Assembly (NCBI GenBank): GCA_951406725.2
Contig: OX597814.1
Location: 75,702,001 to 75,766,000, forward strand
DNA: 64,000 nucleotides
Direction of reading: 5' to 3'
DNA from: Octopus vulgaris
Taxonomy: Eukaryota
Shown one piece after another: positions 1-14,350 of this stretch. The notes beneath the pieces are model-generated. The model worked only from the letters and a program-made list of their open reading frames with translations. It had not been told where the DNA came from and made no database searches. The position numbers were made by a program, and so were the translations under genes. The first letter of the stretch is position 1. Every line of letters begins with the position of its first letter.

Positions 1-3000
1 ATCCTAGTTGAGAATCACAGTGCTAAAGGGTTAATGTTACTCTTTGTTTTTCTTCCCTCAAACTAGATTTTGTTCAACCTTATCTAAGCATCCTTAATAT
101 TAGCATTTGCACTCATATATTTCTGAATTATTACTAAAACAAGTAGCAGCTTTTAACAACATTTGCTTAATTCATATTGTTCAGTCTCACAACTAAGCCA
201 ATTGGTTCCCTAATACCTTTAAGTCTCTCTCAAGCTTGCAAAATTTTAGTGATACACCAAACTTAAACTGATATCAAGAGAAAGCAAAAACATTCCATAA
301 TATTTAATATATCATTAAGACACAACTAACAACTTAGTCTTCATACACATGTGTCCTGAGTAAACCAACCCACACCTTACTGGATTATTGATTATAATCA
401 CTATAAAAATTCCAATCATTAATAAAATTTGAAGCAGATTGAAAAGTGTAGTATTTATATTTTTAATACAAAACAAACATCTCGACTGAATCTATTTTTA
501 CCTGAAAGATCAACTTACTAAAGAGTATTGGTCTAATATTCAAATATTACTTTGCATTTAAAATCTTATTTATGCAAAACATTAAACATGCACTCTTCTT
601 TAGTAGATGCACTTATTTTGAAGATCATTTGAACAGTTAATTACACTCAAAGATAGTTTGGAAAAAAAAAAGAAAATGAAAAGAAAAAAGAAAAAGGAAA
701 TAGCTAATGATTGAGCAATAATTAAACAGTAAACAAACATATTTAAAGAGTGCTTCAAACCAAATACACTTTGAAGATTAAATATTGAAAAATTTTAGAT
801 AAACAAATATATAACAAAAAAATTGTCAATGTTTTTGTATGGTTTAATACTATTATCACTCACTGGCACAGGCATTTATTATTGCCATTTTTTTTTTTTT
901 TTTTGGTAATCTTTTAAATATTAATACTTTTTCCTGAAGTTGACAATATGTGGAACACTCCTGCATTTCAGAGTTGATAGCATTGGTTCTAGAACTTCAG
1001 ACAGCTAAACACTGTTTGACTTTCCCTTCTTTGAATTAAATGTAAAAACATTTGTAAACCACTCTGCAAAAAACTCATTTTATTTATTTGCAATAGTTGT
1101 ACCCAAACCAGAATAGTCTTCCAGGGATCTGAGAAACTACTGTGGTTTGGGTATACAGATCCTAACAAAAATTAATGTAGCATCTCATTACTATTATATC
1201 TAAGAGCATTCAAGCTATGTTCAAACACTTCTTGAGCTACCACCAAGTAGCAGAATACCTGACACTTCTTTCAACTAGTGAGTAACATTCAATCTACATG
1301 ATCTTAGCAACATGCCTCTTCTGCAAAAGAATAATTAGTACTTGACTAATATTTTATTGTCGCTGTTAAAATAAACAGTGAAGTCTGAACTAAGAACACG
1401 AGATACAACTAAATATAGAATGGATTTTTGTCCAGTATGCTAGTCTGTTATCCATTGCTCCGATAAAAACTAGTACAAAGTCACAAATTTATGGATGAAA
1501 GACACAGTCAAATCAAATTTCAATATACTGGACTTGAATTTTTTTTTTTTTTTTATCCATAAAAATGGTAAAGCAAAGCTGACCAGGCCATGATTTGAAT
1601 AAAGAATGTAAATCCAGTACCATAATAATTGTTTCTGACATTGCTGAAATCCAAAAATTTATACTAGAGGAGTTTAGTCAATTGTATCAATAACTCCTGT
1701 TATTTAACAGGCATATTTTATCAACCCAAAATGATACAAGTAGAAAGTAAAATCATCTGGAAGATAAGGAATTTGAGAATTGATTTAGTCAAATTTTATT
1801 TTTATGAAAAAACACTAAAAATTTGTTTGACAAATGGAAGTTGCCACATATAGACATGCAATGAAAAGTACATAAATAAACTGGAGAAAAATACTATGAG
1901 AGAAAAACAATCTGGAAACATGTGATGTAAAAATACATTCTAAAAGAAGTGGGGAGTAAAAAAAAAAAGAAGCAAAATAGAAAAGAAAGAAAAAAAATAA
2001 GGCTGATGATTCTTTTTCTGAATCCCGAATTTCATTTTAATTATTATGCAAACTGGGATGGACTAAGAGATACATGTCTGATATTTTCTCCAATCTCTAT
2101 TTTAATTATAGTTATAATAGTGGAGGGTTGTTGTTGTTTTTTAATTAATTCAGCAATCAGAAATTGAAGACTTACAAATTTTGAAGCTTGTCATTTTTAT
2201 CTATAATGAAGATGCAGCAGATATTACTATCACTGTTACTGCTGCTGAGTGTATTGTGCATAATCCATTTGCTCAAGACTAAAAGTTTCAATTTGTCACT
2301 AGTAAGAGTGTCTGACAAGATGTTAATCAAGCCTATGAAGAATACCATGTAGAAAATAATGCAATGACAGAGTGAATCTTTAGCTTCAAACAAATGAACA
2401 AATAGTTTCTACTTTGTTTTGAATGAGCCATTTTCTTATTCAAATACACACACACACAAATACATATTGAGTAAGTAAGGAAACGTGTATGGTTTCAAGC
2501 TATCTACATAAACACTTCCGTGATCACAAACTTTTTTTATGATGTAACAAATTTGATAGGCAGTAATCCAAATATTTATAGGTAACAAGAAAGAAAACAG
2601 TGATGTGATGCAATGTCATTTTTATGCTATTCTCAAGAGCATTACATATACAACTACAAATGACAGCAAAATTAAAACATTAAACAAACAAAATGCTATA
2701 ACAGAAGTATAGATTTACTAATAATGTGAAGGAGAATGTGAATAAGCATAAGTATTTTAATGAGAAGTTGATTTAAGACTATGAAGAATTCTTAACATCT
2801 TAACTTGACAAATACATTAATCACATCATCGCTAACATATAAACTGAGATAGACAGCTCTCACATTTTTCATGATAATGATACATAGAATAAAAGAGGAA
2901 ATATCATGTGTTTTATTCATACTTTCTTCTTTAATATTAAATATTTATGTTGAGTGAAATGGCTGGTAATTGAAACTTGATCAAAGACTTGATCAAGGCT

Positions 3001-6000
3001 TGCTGGGTTGAACCTTACCTTTATAGTTTGGTATTTACTTTATTAATATTGCAAAAGCTTTCTAATATCAAAAGCACTGTTACTATCATTAGTGATGAAT
3101 TGTTCTAGAGAAATAAAAAGAGAGGGTTGTTAAATAGAAAATGTTTATCTGTAGCCAATATACCAGTACTCTAACGACACAGCTATTTCAAACAACTGTG
3201 AAATTTGTTAGGCAATTTTGTCATCAATTTTTCATAAATATAAACTATGGTAAGCTTTAATGTGAGAAATCATAATATAAGAATGTCTATTCTGTCATCT
3301 TTATAAAAGATTGAATATATTGTGTATGCATGTGTTTTGTGAATGTATACAGTCTGCACTGTGTGCATTTGAAAGTGTATATGGATAGCTTTTGTAAAAT
3401 GTGATAAGTCGAACCAATAAAATCAAAGAGAGGGTAAAAGATCCATAATAAATCTGGAAAAGGCTATTACATAAATCTCAAATATTGGCCTTCTTGAAAG
3501 GTTTTACTCACTAAGTACTTGAGGAGTTTTGGCCAACAAACTGTAATCCTAAATGATATGGAGCTTAGGTTAAGACTGTTAAGATATCATATGTCAAAGG
3601 AAAGTAATAATCAAATACCTTTCATTACCAACTAACGTGTATTCGTGTGTCTAAATAAAAATATATATATATATATATACACACACACTTCTTGGATTTG
3701 CCAGAAATATTCAAAGTATAGTTAAAAGCAAAAGCAATAACATTGCTTTACTATAATGGATCAATAATGCTATAACAAATGCTATTCTATATGGGATGCC
3801 ATTATGGTCAGACTAACAGTATTGAAATTATTTGAAAGTTTTTTTTTTGTTTTTTTTTTCTCTTCTCAACCTTTCATCGATACGGAAAAATCAGTAGTAA
3901 TGTTATTTTTCTATTCCTTTATTAAATGTAGAATGAGAAAAGATGAACTAAGAACCCAAATGTTCCATGAAGATAAAATGATAAAGTCTTTTTGTAAAAC
4001 ATAGACAAATGACAACAATACAAATAAATGGTGAGTTCCAATAATAAGAACAAAAATCATAGCAGTATGACAAATAGTTCTTTCTGTGGGAATCTTACTG
4101 GATGCATAGCATATGAGAATAATCAATGACTTAGGTTGTAAAGGAAAATTCTTAAGTGTAGCAACAATCAAATAGTTTTATTATGACATCAGAGTTTGTG
4201 ATGAGTGCATAAAGTAAAATCCTGAGAAATCAGTATAACAATCTGGTTTCAATTCTCTGCTGAAGATATTTCACAACATTTATAGCACTAAAATTCTTGA
4301 AAACAATACACAAGAGTCATACTTTGTATCAACGTAAATCAATATTCTGATAAAAGGCCCAGTGAAAATAATTTTCCTTCTACTTAACTAGTTAGGCTCC
4401 TAGTGGTATAGGACATTATTTCCAGTGTTAACAAGAGGCAAAGAAAGTGACAATATTGCAGAGTCCCTATCCAGAACATATTCTGAAATGATGCAATTTC
4501 AATGATACCACAAAATAACAATATTATATCTCACCTTTAATCAATTGGGCAACTATTAATAAATTCTGGAGAAATGAAGGGCTAAATTGTTCCAGATGAA
4601 ATAATATTCAGTCTCTTAGATACTGACTTAGAGAGTTTTCTCGGAAAGTTCACATGTTGAGATAAATCCTGGCCATCCTATGAAACATACTGACATATTT
4701 ATATATTATCTAAGCCAATTTCATTAAAGGAACATTGATATATCCTTAGTTAGGCAGGTTTAATTGACTACACTTATGCAAGAAGTCTAAGGTTTGACAT
4801 TTTCAAACATTAACCACCAAATGATTTACAAGGAAAACAAATTTAAAAAGTAAAAGAATTTCATAAGGTTTCACATAATTATTTCCCTTAATGTTTTTCT
4901 TTTAATCACAAACAAATAGTATTACAGAAAACATGTGTAGCATATTATTAAATAATTTCAACCCTTAGTAAATAACAAATCTAAAAATAATTATCAATCT
5001 ACCAAAAAAAGAAAGAAGAAAGAGACAAAATTAATTTATAAAAGAATATTGCTGCACAAAAATGTGACAAAGTTTGCAAGCATATAATAAATCCACATTT
5101 AACTAAAATATATGTCAATGTATAAATCCACATTAATGACAGGCTGAACTACATCAGCCAAATAAACACTGCAGAACAAGGATAACTTATAGGACATGAA
5201 AAATTTTGGAAAACAACACACAAATCTGAATAAATACACTAAGAAACTGTCATGGAAAACTTCACTATTCTTTCATAAATCTCAATTTAGAAAGCAACAA
5301 TAAGATAATCAGCTCAAAAGGTGTTGGCATCTGAAACAGATAACAATGCACTAATGGCACATATGAAATGTTTCTACACAAGAAACTGCTGCAATGTGCA
5401 AATCAAAAGATGTACAAAAGAACCAATGAAATGGGTATTCATATCTTAATGTATTCTACTTTACGGGACATAAGTCAAAGAAATTTTTATTGAAATTTAT
5501 AGAATCAGTTAAGATTGTCACCTTAAAACCAGCTGACAGTTTTTCATAAATATCCATCATGGTGACATGAGTTAAAAAAGACATGCAACACAGCATCTTT
5601 CACTTCATGTCATCTAATGCTTTTGATTTTGATCTATTTCTTAAGTGCAAAAACTCACAAATGTGCATCCTTCCACACACATCATCATCAATTTTTAACA
5701 TCCACTTTTCCATTCTTACATGGGTCTTACAGAACTCGAGGCAGATTTTCTATGTCCAGATGCCCATACTTATCTCCAAGCAAAGTTTTACTTCCCTGGG
5801 GTTGAATACACTTTCACAGAAGATTAGAAAAAAAATACACAGCTTGTATGATGGTGATAAACATTTTAAATTATCACATGATGTCAAGACAAGGAGACAC
5901 AAACACACACACATACTAGCTTAAAAGCAGCACTCTGTGCAGACTTCTAAGCTAGCTCCTGCAGAGGGCTAATTGTGCCTGCAGTCCAAAACTAAAGAGA

Positions 6001-6477
6001 GCTAAATAGCATGACTATAATACATCTATAATGACAATATGTCCCAGTGGTGTTTGATCAGAGGGTTAAAGGCAGATGAGAATTAATTCAGTAATGGAAT
6101 CATTTTATTGTTCCAGTCCCAAATTGAATTCCAGCTGTTGGCCAATTTGTCCCAAAGTTCTTGTCTCAATGTAATGATGAAAATGCCATTTATCTCCCAC
6201 TAGATCTCTGACGTCATCTGACAAATGCCAACCAAGATGACGTGAATCAGCCAAGCTTTACCTGCTAGAAATAGCAACCCAAATGCTTTTAAATCAGATC
6301 CCAATGCTGGATGTTCAAGAACCAAATGAAGAGCAGATTTTCAATCTTGGGATCATCCTAATTCCAAAAAAGTATAATATGTCTATGTAGAGCAAATGTA
6401 GACTAAGATACAGGGGTCTCAGGCGGACATGCAGTATGTTGCTTGTATTATTATAGATATAATGCCAACAAACAAAT

Positions 6478-6800
6478 GTGGCTGTGTAATAAGAACTTTG
6501 CTTCTCAACTACATGGTTCTGGGTTGACTAAATCTTTGTGAGATTTGTTAGATGGAAACTAAATAAAACCTGTTATATATTTTTGTGCGTGTTTGTGTGT
6601 CTTTGTGTTTGTCCCCACATTCACTTGACAACTGGTGTTGGTTTGCTTATGTCCCCATAACTTAGCAGCTTAGCAAGAGAACTGATAGAATATGATTCAG
6701 GTTTAAAAATGAAAGAAGTACAGGGGCTGATTTATTCAATTAAAACCCTTCAAGATGATGCCCCAGCATGGCCACAGCCAAATGACTGAAACAAATAAAA
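6478..6800 (+). mobile_element. Decayed tRNA-derived SINE
   Basis: Head gtggctgtgtaataag...catggttctgggtt and tail ccagcatggccacagccaaatgactgaaac match the better-preserved copy at 34665-35063. Confidence 0.7.
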
Positions 6801-8281
6801 TATAACAGATATACACACAAGTGTGTGCACGCACATGATTGGCTTCTTTCAGTTTCCTTCTACTAAATTACAAGGCTTTGGTTAGCAAGAGACTATGGTA
6901 GAAAATACTTGCTCAGGGTACCACCCAAGGTCTTTTGCCATAGGCTGGCCACAGCCTTGCCAGTTGAATATAACAATATGCATTCACTCACACATTATAT
7001 ATATCAATAAACGTAATCATCTTTATTTTATACATCAATCAATTTCTAAATGCTCATTAATGTACAGGTGTGCTTAACTTTTTACCCATCTAAAATACCT
7101 TCATTACTCTATATATAATTGCCCCCAATTCTTTTTACAGCCTTGAGGTCTCACAATTTTTACATGTACCTCATATGTCTGCCTCCACAGAGAGAGAGAG
7201 AAAGAGAGAGAGTGTGGGATTCCTTATTGCCAACAAAACATCAGTTCTCTGAGGGAGCTTTGAAATACTAGAAATAGCAGTTAAACTTCCCTTAAATAAC
7301 AGAAGATACATTGATTATACAGGCATAGTGGTCATAAGATCTGCAAAGCAAACAACAGCAACAATTCTCTGAATTATTTCCCTCCATCTCAAATCTATTC
7401 TTGCTCTAACATTTCTTCTACTTTCAACAAGCCATAATTACATAGCAGTGTGTCTGTTCATAACATTTACTACTCCAGTGCATTTGGTGCACCTAAAGTT
7501 TTGATTCCCTATCAGTCTACCAGAGATCACAAAGCAGTATTTGTGTAACCATTTTACACATCATTGAATTTCTGTTTAATCTCATTCTGCATGATAAGGC
7601 AGGCCAATTTAAATGATATTTAAATATGCAGTTTCCATAATCTTGTCTGCTATCATTTCTATGCTATCTTTATATTTTTTTCTAAAACTATTTTCTATCT
7701 TTGATTCTCACCAAGCTTCTTGGTTTATCCAAATTCCCTTCCTCATAATCACATTAATATTTACAAATGTCGCAAACCTATTCAATTTCAGATTATATTA
7801 TCCTGCTATTTTCACAGTTATATTGTTAACTACTTTTAATACACTTATTATAGCTATGTAATAAATATTTGTATTTCAAATGAGAATATAGAATCTTGAG
7901 AAAGTTCAACTAAAAATTATACTATCACTAACACTATGTGACTAAACAATTTTCATTTGCAATAACAGTTTACAGATTTATTCTCATAATAAAAACTGAT
8001 AAATTAGCATTTAGAATGAATCTTAAATTACTACAAATTATTATTTGATCAACATTTTCACAAACGAGTAGTACTAATCACCACTATTAAAGAAGAACTA
8101 AAATATATTACTATAAACATATCATTGTCAGCTGAAAGAATATATAGCAAAGTGGATTCAAATTAATTGAAAGATAAGCAGTAATGGAAAATATTGTAAG
8201 TTTATCTACTGAAATAACAAATGTAAATAAAATATCTTTTTGAATATCAATACCACTTCTGACTATGACACACACATATAT

Positions 8282-8285
<4 letters not shown>

Positions 8286-8352
<67 letters not shown>
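8286..8352. repeat. (TA)n(GA)n compound microsatellite
   Basis: Directly visible. Confidence 0.95.
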
Positions 8353-8355
<3 letters not shown>

Positions 8356-9761
8356 TGGTATTAGTGTTTTTTTTTTCCAATATGATATTAGTGTTTTTTA
8401 TGGTTTGTACAGTTTACCACTTGATCAGATTTCAAACTCTGAAAACCAATCTTAGTAGACTAAATTGCTAAATTAAGGATACACACTTCCATGAAAATAA
8501 TTGCTCTAAAAGTTTAACTTTTATGATGAGTGGGAACTGAAGATTCCTATTAATCAAGAAGAGGAGCAGTCTGAGATAAATAGCATTTGAGTCAAGCTAT
8601 TATTATTGGTAATTTACAATGTTATCAAAATCCTGTATATAAAATGACTACAAGTCTTTCATTTATCCAATATATCAAAATTAGTATTCAAAATGAAAAT
8701 GATCAAATGCTGTCTAATGAATAAAATTCAAATTTATAAAGAATACTGACTGAATAGCAAACAAATATAAACAGAAAAAAAATGTAGCCTGACTAACTCC
8801 ACACTAATAAGAAATGGAATTTGGTAAAACAGGAAAACACTTGAGGTTGAGATTCAATGTAAAGATAACTATAGAAAAAATACATTAAAAAATTAAAATC
8901 ATAATGAAATTTTTACCTTTACTTGTCATCTACCCCTCCCCCATGAAAAATGATGTCAAAGAAATGTTTACATCAGACACTTAAATGAAAAGATGCAATA
9001 CTTTAACTGAATAAATCTGGGCCCTATTTTCTTCTGAAGCAGTTGAGATATGCTAGCTAATTAATATTAGTTGACATCAATTACTTAAATTAATGCTTTG
9101 GGATTTGATGATATAATGTAAGAATAACATCTCTTATGAAATCTATATGAATTCATAAGCTAACATATTCTTTCCTGACAGTAGAAATTACAGAAAAGCA
9201 AAAAATCATAAAAAATAGAGTTAAGAATAAAATGAAATTATACACAACCAATTCTAATGAGAAATTACATGGTATCAAACCTCAAGTAAGAGATAGAGCA
9301 AAATATTTTTAGAGTTTTGAGAAAGATATTCTGCTTGTATATACGATTATTAATATCTCAAGAATTGCAGAAAACATCAAGATAGTATGAATGAGTGCCA
9401 TATATAGTTTCATGTATATATATGTGGTGTGTACATACATAAATCAAAGCTTAACACTTTTCACACACAAAAGGAAATGATTATAAAGAAGTGTCTCTAT
9501 AATTTTGTTCTCTTGTGTAAAACATTACATAGACGTTTGTTTTATAACATCCATTTTTCTATGCTATCATGGGTTACATAAATATATTACAGAGGCATTG
9601 TTTTGAAGCTAGAGGACCTTCATGTCATTAACTCTTATTTCACTCATCTTCAAAGGCATGAAGTAAACAGATGATCTGTTGACAGTGTTGTCTATAGTTC
9701 ACAACTTTTGTAGAGTGCAAAAGCACACACACACTACACATATGCATACATACATATCACA

Positions 9762-9908
9762 GGCCTTTTACTGTTTCCATCTACCAAATCCACTAAAAAG
9801 GCTTTGGTCTGCCTGGGGCTATTGTAAAAGACATTTGTGTCTGGTCCAACAGAGTGGGACAGAAATTGGAGACCATATGGTTGCAAAGTGAATTTCTTAA
9901 CCCCACAC
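9762..9908 (-). mobile_element. Partial tRNA-SINE (5' half)
   Basis: gtttccatctaccaaatccact...aggctttggtc matches the SINE core at about 34915-34955; a similar fragment lies at 10560-10690. Confidence 0.6.
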
Positions 9909-9916
9909 TTATGCAT

Positions 9917-9959
<43 letters not shown>

Positions 9960-10274
9960 TACACACATTGTTTTAATATCACTATTTTCCATGGTGACAG
10001 TTTGGTTGGATCTACATCATAGCAGATTACCACTAAACTCAGTCTCTGTAAGGCTTGATATCCTACACACAAACACAAAATTTAACAAGGAATGATTAAA
10101 CAGAAAAAACAAGATTTAGTTTGCGTAGCATAAAAAAAGGTGCAACATGTAATGTTAAATCAAAGGAATGAATAATACAAACTCTCAAAAACATTACTGT
10201 ATTTTGGCTAAGAACAAGCCTATTTTTTTCAAGTTAAGCATTCAATCAAATAAATCTAACAAAGACATTGGAAC

Positions 10275-10460
10275 AAGGCACGAGCTCTTCTCTCCATTTT
10301 TGCCTGTCATCAACCAGTCTCAAGTCATCCACCACCTTCCTCCCTGTCTATTCCTTAATGTTGCTCAAACACCTACCTCATCATCTTTTTAGTACATTTG
10401 TTAGTAGTTGCATGCCAGGGTGTTGTAACATGTCCAAACCCTCCCATTTTCTGTCTTGAC
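10275..10460 (-). mobile_element. Old LINE (RTE-like) C-terminal fragment
   Basis: Minus strand gives FGHVT, SNIKE*TG and LVDDRQKWREE, resembling the non-LTR ORF2 C-terminus; frameshifted. Confidence 0.4.
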
Positions 10461-12859
10461 AACAATTTTTTAAAAAATGGAAAATTTGATCAAAACGTGT
10501 GAAAAACTGAACCAAAAATAAATCCAATAAAGTATCCAAAATCTACATATCACATGCCTTTTCTTGTTTACATCTACCAAATCCATTCACAAGCCTAGAG
10601 CTATAGAAGACACTTCCTTAAAGTGTCACACACTGGAAATGAACCTGAAACCGTGTGGTTACAAATTAACTTCTTAATCCCACAGCTACACGTTTTAAAA
10701 TGAAAGACATGTCCTAAATATTTTATTGCTAACAATGAGGGTATAAAAGCTGTTTGTTGTAGAATATGTCTGAGAATATTAATAGAAGGGATTAAAAGGG
10801 TTTTGTTTCACTGACCCTTCTTACCCAAACTAACAAACCACTAAAGAAAAGCTTCCCAACTAAAGAACTTGTGCTTACCATTTAAATGCAATTAACAGCA
10901 ACCAATAATTTTAAAACCTGACATTTGTAAAATTATTTTTTAAAAAAGTCATTTATTTGAATTGAAAGTAAATACCTTAAGAGCGGGTTGATTTAAGAAC
11001 TAAAAAAATATAGATGTTAATCATTATTTCTCAGTTTTTAAATCTAAAAATTACCTTTTGGATAATCTAACTTTAAACAGAATGATTTTCTTGAAAGTGT
11101 ATGCATATAGGAAAGAAAATAGATGCTCAAATCTAATATCAAATGTCTAAGCAGAAACTACCAAAATATAATACAGGACGATGATGATGATGAAATAAAT
11201 ATGATAATTAGTTGCCTGCTGAAATCAGACAAATATGAACAATGGAAATTAAGATAATGTAATAAACCCTTTTAAAACAATGTGCTGCTATTGATTTCTG
11301 ATATCAATAGAGTAACTGATGCCAAATAACTTGCCTCAGTAATAGTTGACTAAGTATGGAACTTTCAAATTAAAACAGCATGAGAAAATAGTGGGTTTTA
11401 TTTCAAGCTCTGTGGCATTTTAGCAATACTAAACAGAATAAGCTATTTTAAAATATTAGCAAAACCTATGGTTTCTTTCACTTTTGCACTGATCCCCTAA
11501 TCACAAGAAAAAAGTGAAAAAAAAAAAAAATCACTGAAACCAGATTTCAATCAGCATTGAATATTTTAACTTAGAAAAGTAACAGATAATGCTAAATAAT
11601 GATAATTAACTCATTAATATGAAATTTGTTTTGAAAATAACTACATATTTAATTAGCAAAAGATATCTTGTATGTTTTATATCTTATTTTCCATACTGGT
11701 ACGACTGGGATAAGCTTGTATATGTGAAAATTTATGTGTAATTTGGGAGATTGAGGAAAATAGCATCCTGTTTCATCAAAGGATGCAACACAATACCTCT
11801 GTCACTCCCACTGAAAATATTAACATGATTAACATAGTTCATTCATTCAAAACTACACTCTAGCTCTTTCATTGTCATTGCCTTTTTTTTTTTATTCTTA
11901 ATACTTTCTACTTTACTAAACCCGTAAGTAGTGAAAATTGAATCTGACCATGAAAATATTTTAATTAAATATTAAAAAAGAAAATAGTTTGTTGGCTGTC
12001 TACTTGCCTGACAGTGAACAAGTACAGGTAATAAAGTAAATGGAATGATAACATGGTAGGACTTGAGCACATATGTGAATCTGCTCTGAAGGAATCAGCT
12101 GACTGAACAGAACTATGATCAAAGACATTTCAGCTGGAAGCAATCTGTCTGTCTTTTTCATAAAGTAGGGTGTGAATTCAACGAAATTTGGCAACTATTT
12201 CTAGTACATCAAACAACTTCACAGATGTACTTCCATTGGTCTATCACCTTTGTATTTCTCAACAGTGAAATGAGTTTTAAATGACAAAAGTGAAGAAGCA
12301 AAACCTCTTATAGAGTTTCTCAAAACTAAGAAATGCAATCAAGAAATTACAGAAATATAATTATGCATATGTACACATCAAAATAGTGCTTTCAGAGAAT
12401 AGCAGTGAGATTATATTATGATACAGAGTGATATGACCAGCATTAGACTTTTAAAAAAAGTGCTATGCTGTTAAGATCGCAATCTCTAAGAAAGTAAAAG
12501 AGAAAACAGCAGAGAAGAAACCAATTATAATAATTTTCAATAACAACCTTCATTATTCTGCATTTCATTTTACTAATATTAATAAAGTAACTCCCTCTAG
12601 ATTCTACAGAAAAAAGCTTTCTTTCAGCAGGGTAGAATTCATTGGTGCCAACTGAAAATTGTTTACTAAATGTTTTATTTCTTGCTCCACATTCAATGTA
12701 GTGAAATTTAACCAATATTTTCAATCTTGGTTCTACACTTTAATTCACTTTGCTGCCTTAGAATCATGAAAACCACAGGTCCACATATCACCTTCACTTG
12801 TATATTGAACATGCATTGCTCAGGAATTATCTCCTTTTCTAACATAACTTTTCACACAC

Positions 12860-14350
12860 ATAACCTAGTCACCCGTATAGTCAACCAGGTGATACACGAA
12901 GGAGTCATACCCAATGACTGGTGTAGCAGCATACTAGTCAACTGCTACGAAGGTAAAGGTGATGCCCTGGATACAAATAATTACAGAGGTATCAAGCTGT
13001 TGGATCAGGTAATGAAGGTTACGGAGAGGGTCATAGCCCAACTAATTAGAGAGAGTTAGTTTAGATGAGATGCAGTTTGGGTTTGTCCCAGGGAAAAGCA
13101 CCACTGATGCTATATTCCTGGTAAGGCAGCTGCAGGAGAAATACCTAGCCAAAGATAAGCCCCTGTACCTGGCTTTCGTTAACATGGAGAAAGCCTTTGA
13201 TAGGGTCCCCCGATCCCTCATCTGGTGGTCAATGAGGAAACTAGGGATAGATGAATGGCTGGTGAGGGCTGTGCAAGCCATGTACAGAGATGCCGTATGT
13301 AAGGTTAGAGTTGGCAACATGTACACAGAAGAATTCAAAGTAGAGGTTGGGGTCCACCAGGGTTCAGTACTCAGCCCCCTCCTATTTATCATAGTCCTCC
13401 AGGCAATAACGGAGGAATTCAAGACAGGTTGCCCCTGGGAGCTCCTCTATGCTGACGACCTCGCTCTAATCGCTGAGTCACTATCAGAACTGGAGGAGAG
13501 TTCCAGGTGTGGAAGGAGGGTTTAGAATCGAGGGGCCTTAGAGTCAACCTAGCTAAAACCAAAGTACTAATAAGTAGAAAGGTAGAAAATCCAAATATCC
13601 TCAGGAAGATGGCCCTGCTCGATCTGTAGAAAAGGTGTAGGTAGAAACTCTATAAGATGTACCCAGTGTAAGCTATGGACACATAAGAGGTGCAGCAATG
13701 TCAAAGGTAGGCTAACTGGGAAGATAGTTTTTGTATGTGGCAGATGCTCTGGAGCATTGACCTCCGAAAATCTGCAGAAAACAACTTCCGTCACTTTCCG
13801 GGGGAAAAACTAGAAGTAGTTGATAGCTTCCGCTATCTAGGTGACCAAGTCAGTAGTGGGGGTGGGTGCGCTGAAAGTGTAACTGCTGGTGACTAAAGGC
13901 CTCTCGCTCAGAGTAAAAGGCAGACTGTATGATGCATGTGTACGAACAGCCATGCTACATGGCAGTGAAACATGGGCCGTGACTGCTGAGGACATGCGTA
14001 AGCTCGTGAGGAACGAAGCCAGTATGCTCCGATGGATGTGTAATGTCAGTGTACTTACTCGACAGAGCGTTAGTACCTTGAGAGAAATGTTGTACCTAAG
14101 AAGCATCAGTTGTTGTGTGCAAGAGAGACGATTGCGCTGGTATGGTCATGTGGCGAGAATGGATGAAGATAGGTGTGTGAGAAAGTGCCAATCCCTAGCA
14201 GTTGAGGGAACCCGTGGAAGAGGTAGACCCAGGAAAACCTGGGACGAGGTGGTGAAGCACGACCTTCGGACGTTAGGTCTCACCATGGAAATGACTAGAG
14301 ACCGAGACCTATGGAAGTATGCTGTGCGTGAGAAGACCCGGCAAGACTAG
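12860..14350 (+). pseudogene. RTE reverse transcriptase pseudogene (frameshifts, internal deletion)
   Basis: ORF pieces 12727-13059, 13070-13525 and 13889-14350 in different frames; YADD at about 13448. Confidence 0.92.
13616..13747 (+). other. PHD-type (C4HC3) zinc finger coded inside the RT region
   Basis: Reading from 13601: SGRWP-CSIC-RKGVGRNSIR-CTQC-KLWT-H-KR-C-SNVKGRLTGKIVFV-CGRC. Absent from the ORF track. Confidence 0.85.

Noticed and set aside
2176-2311. Possible further minus-strand exon ending at a GTAAGT donor (2175)
   Set aside because: Acceptor and frame are ambiguous, with no recognisable peptide.
4535-4677. Possible minus-strand exon (DGQDLSQHVNFPRKLS...)
   Set aside because: In-frame stops occur before the strong donor; unsupported without RNA data.
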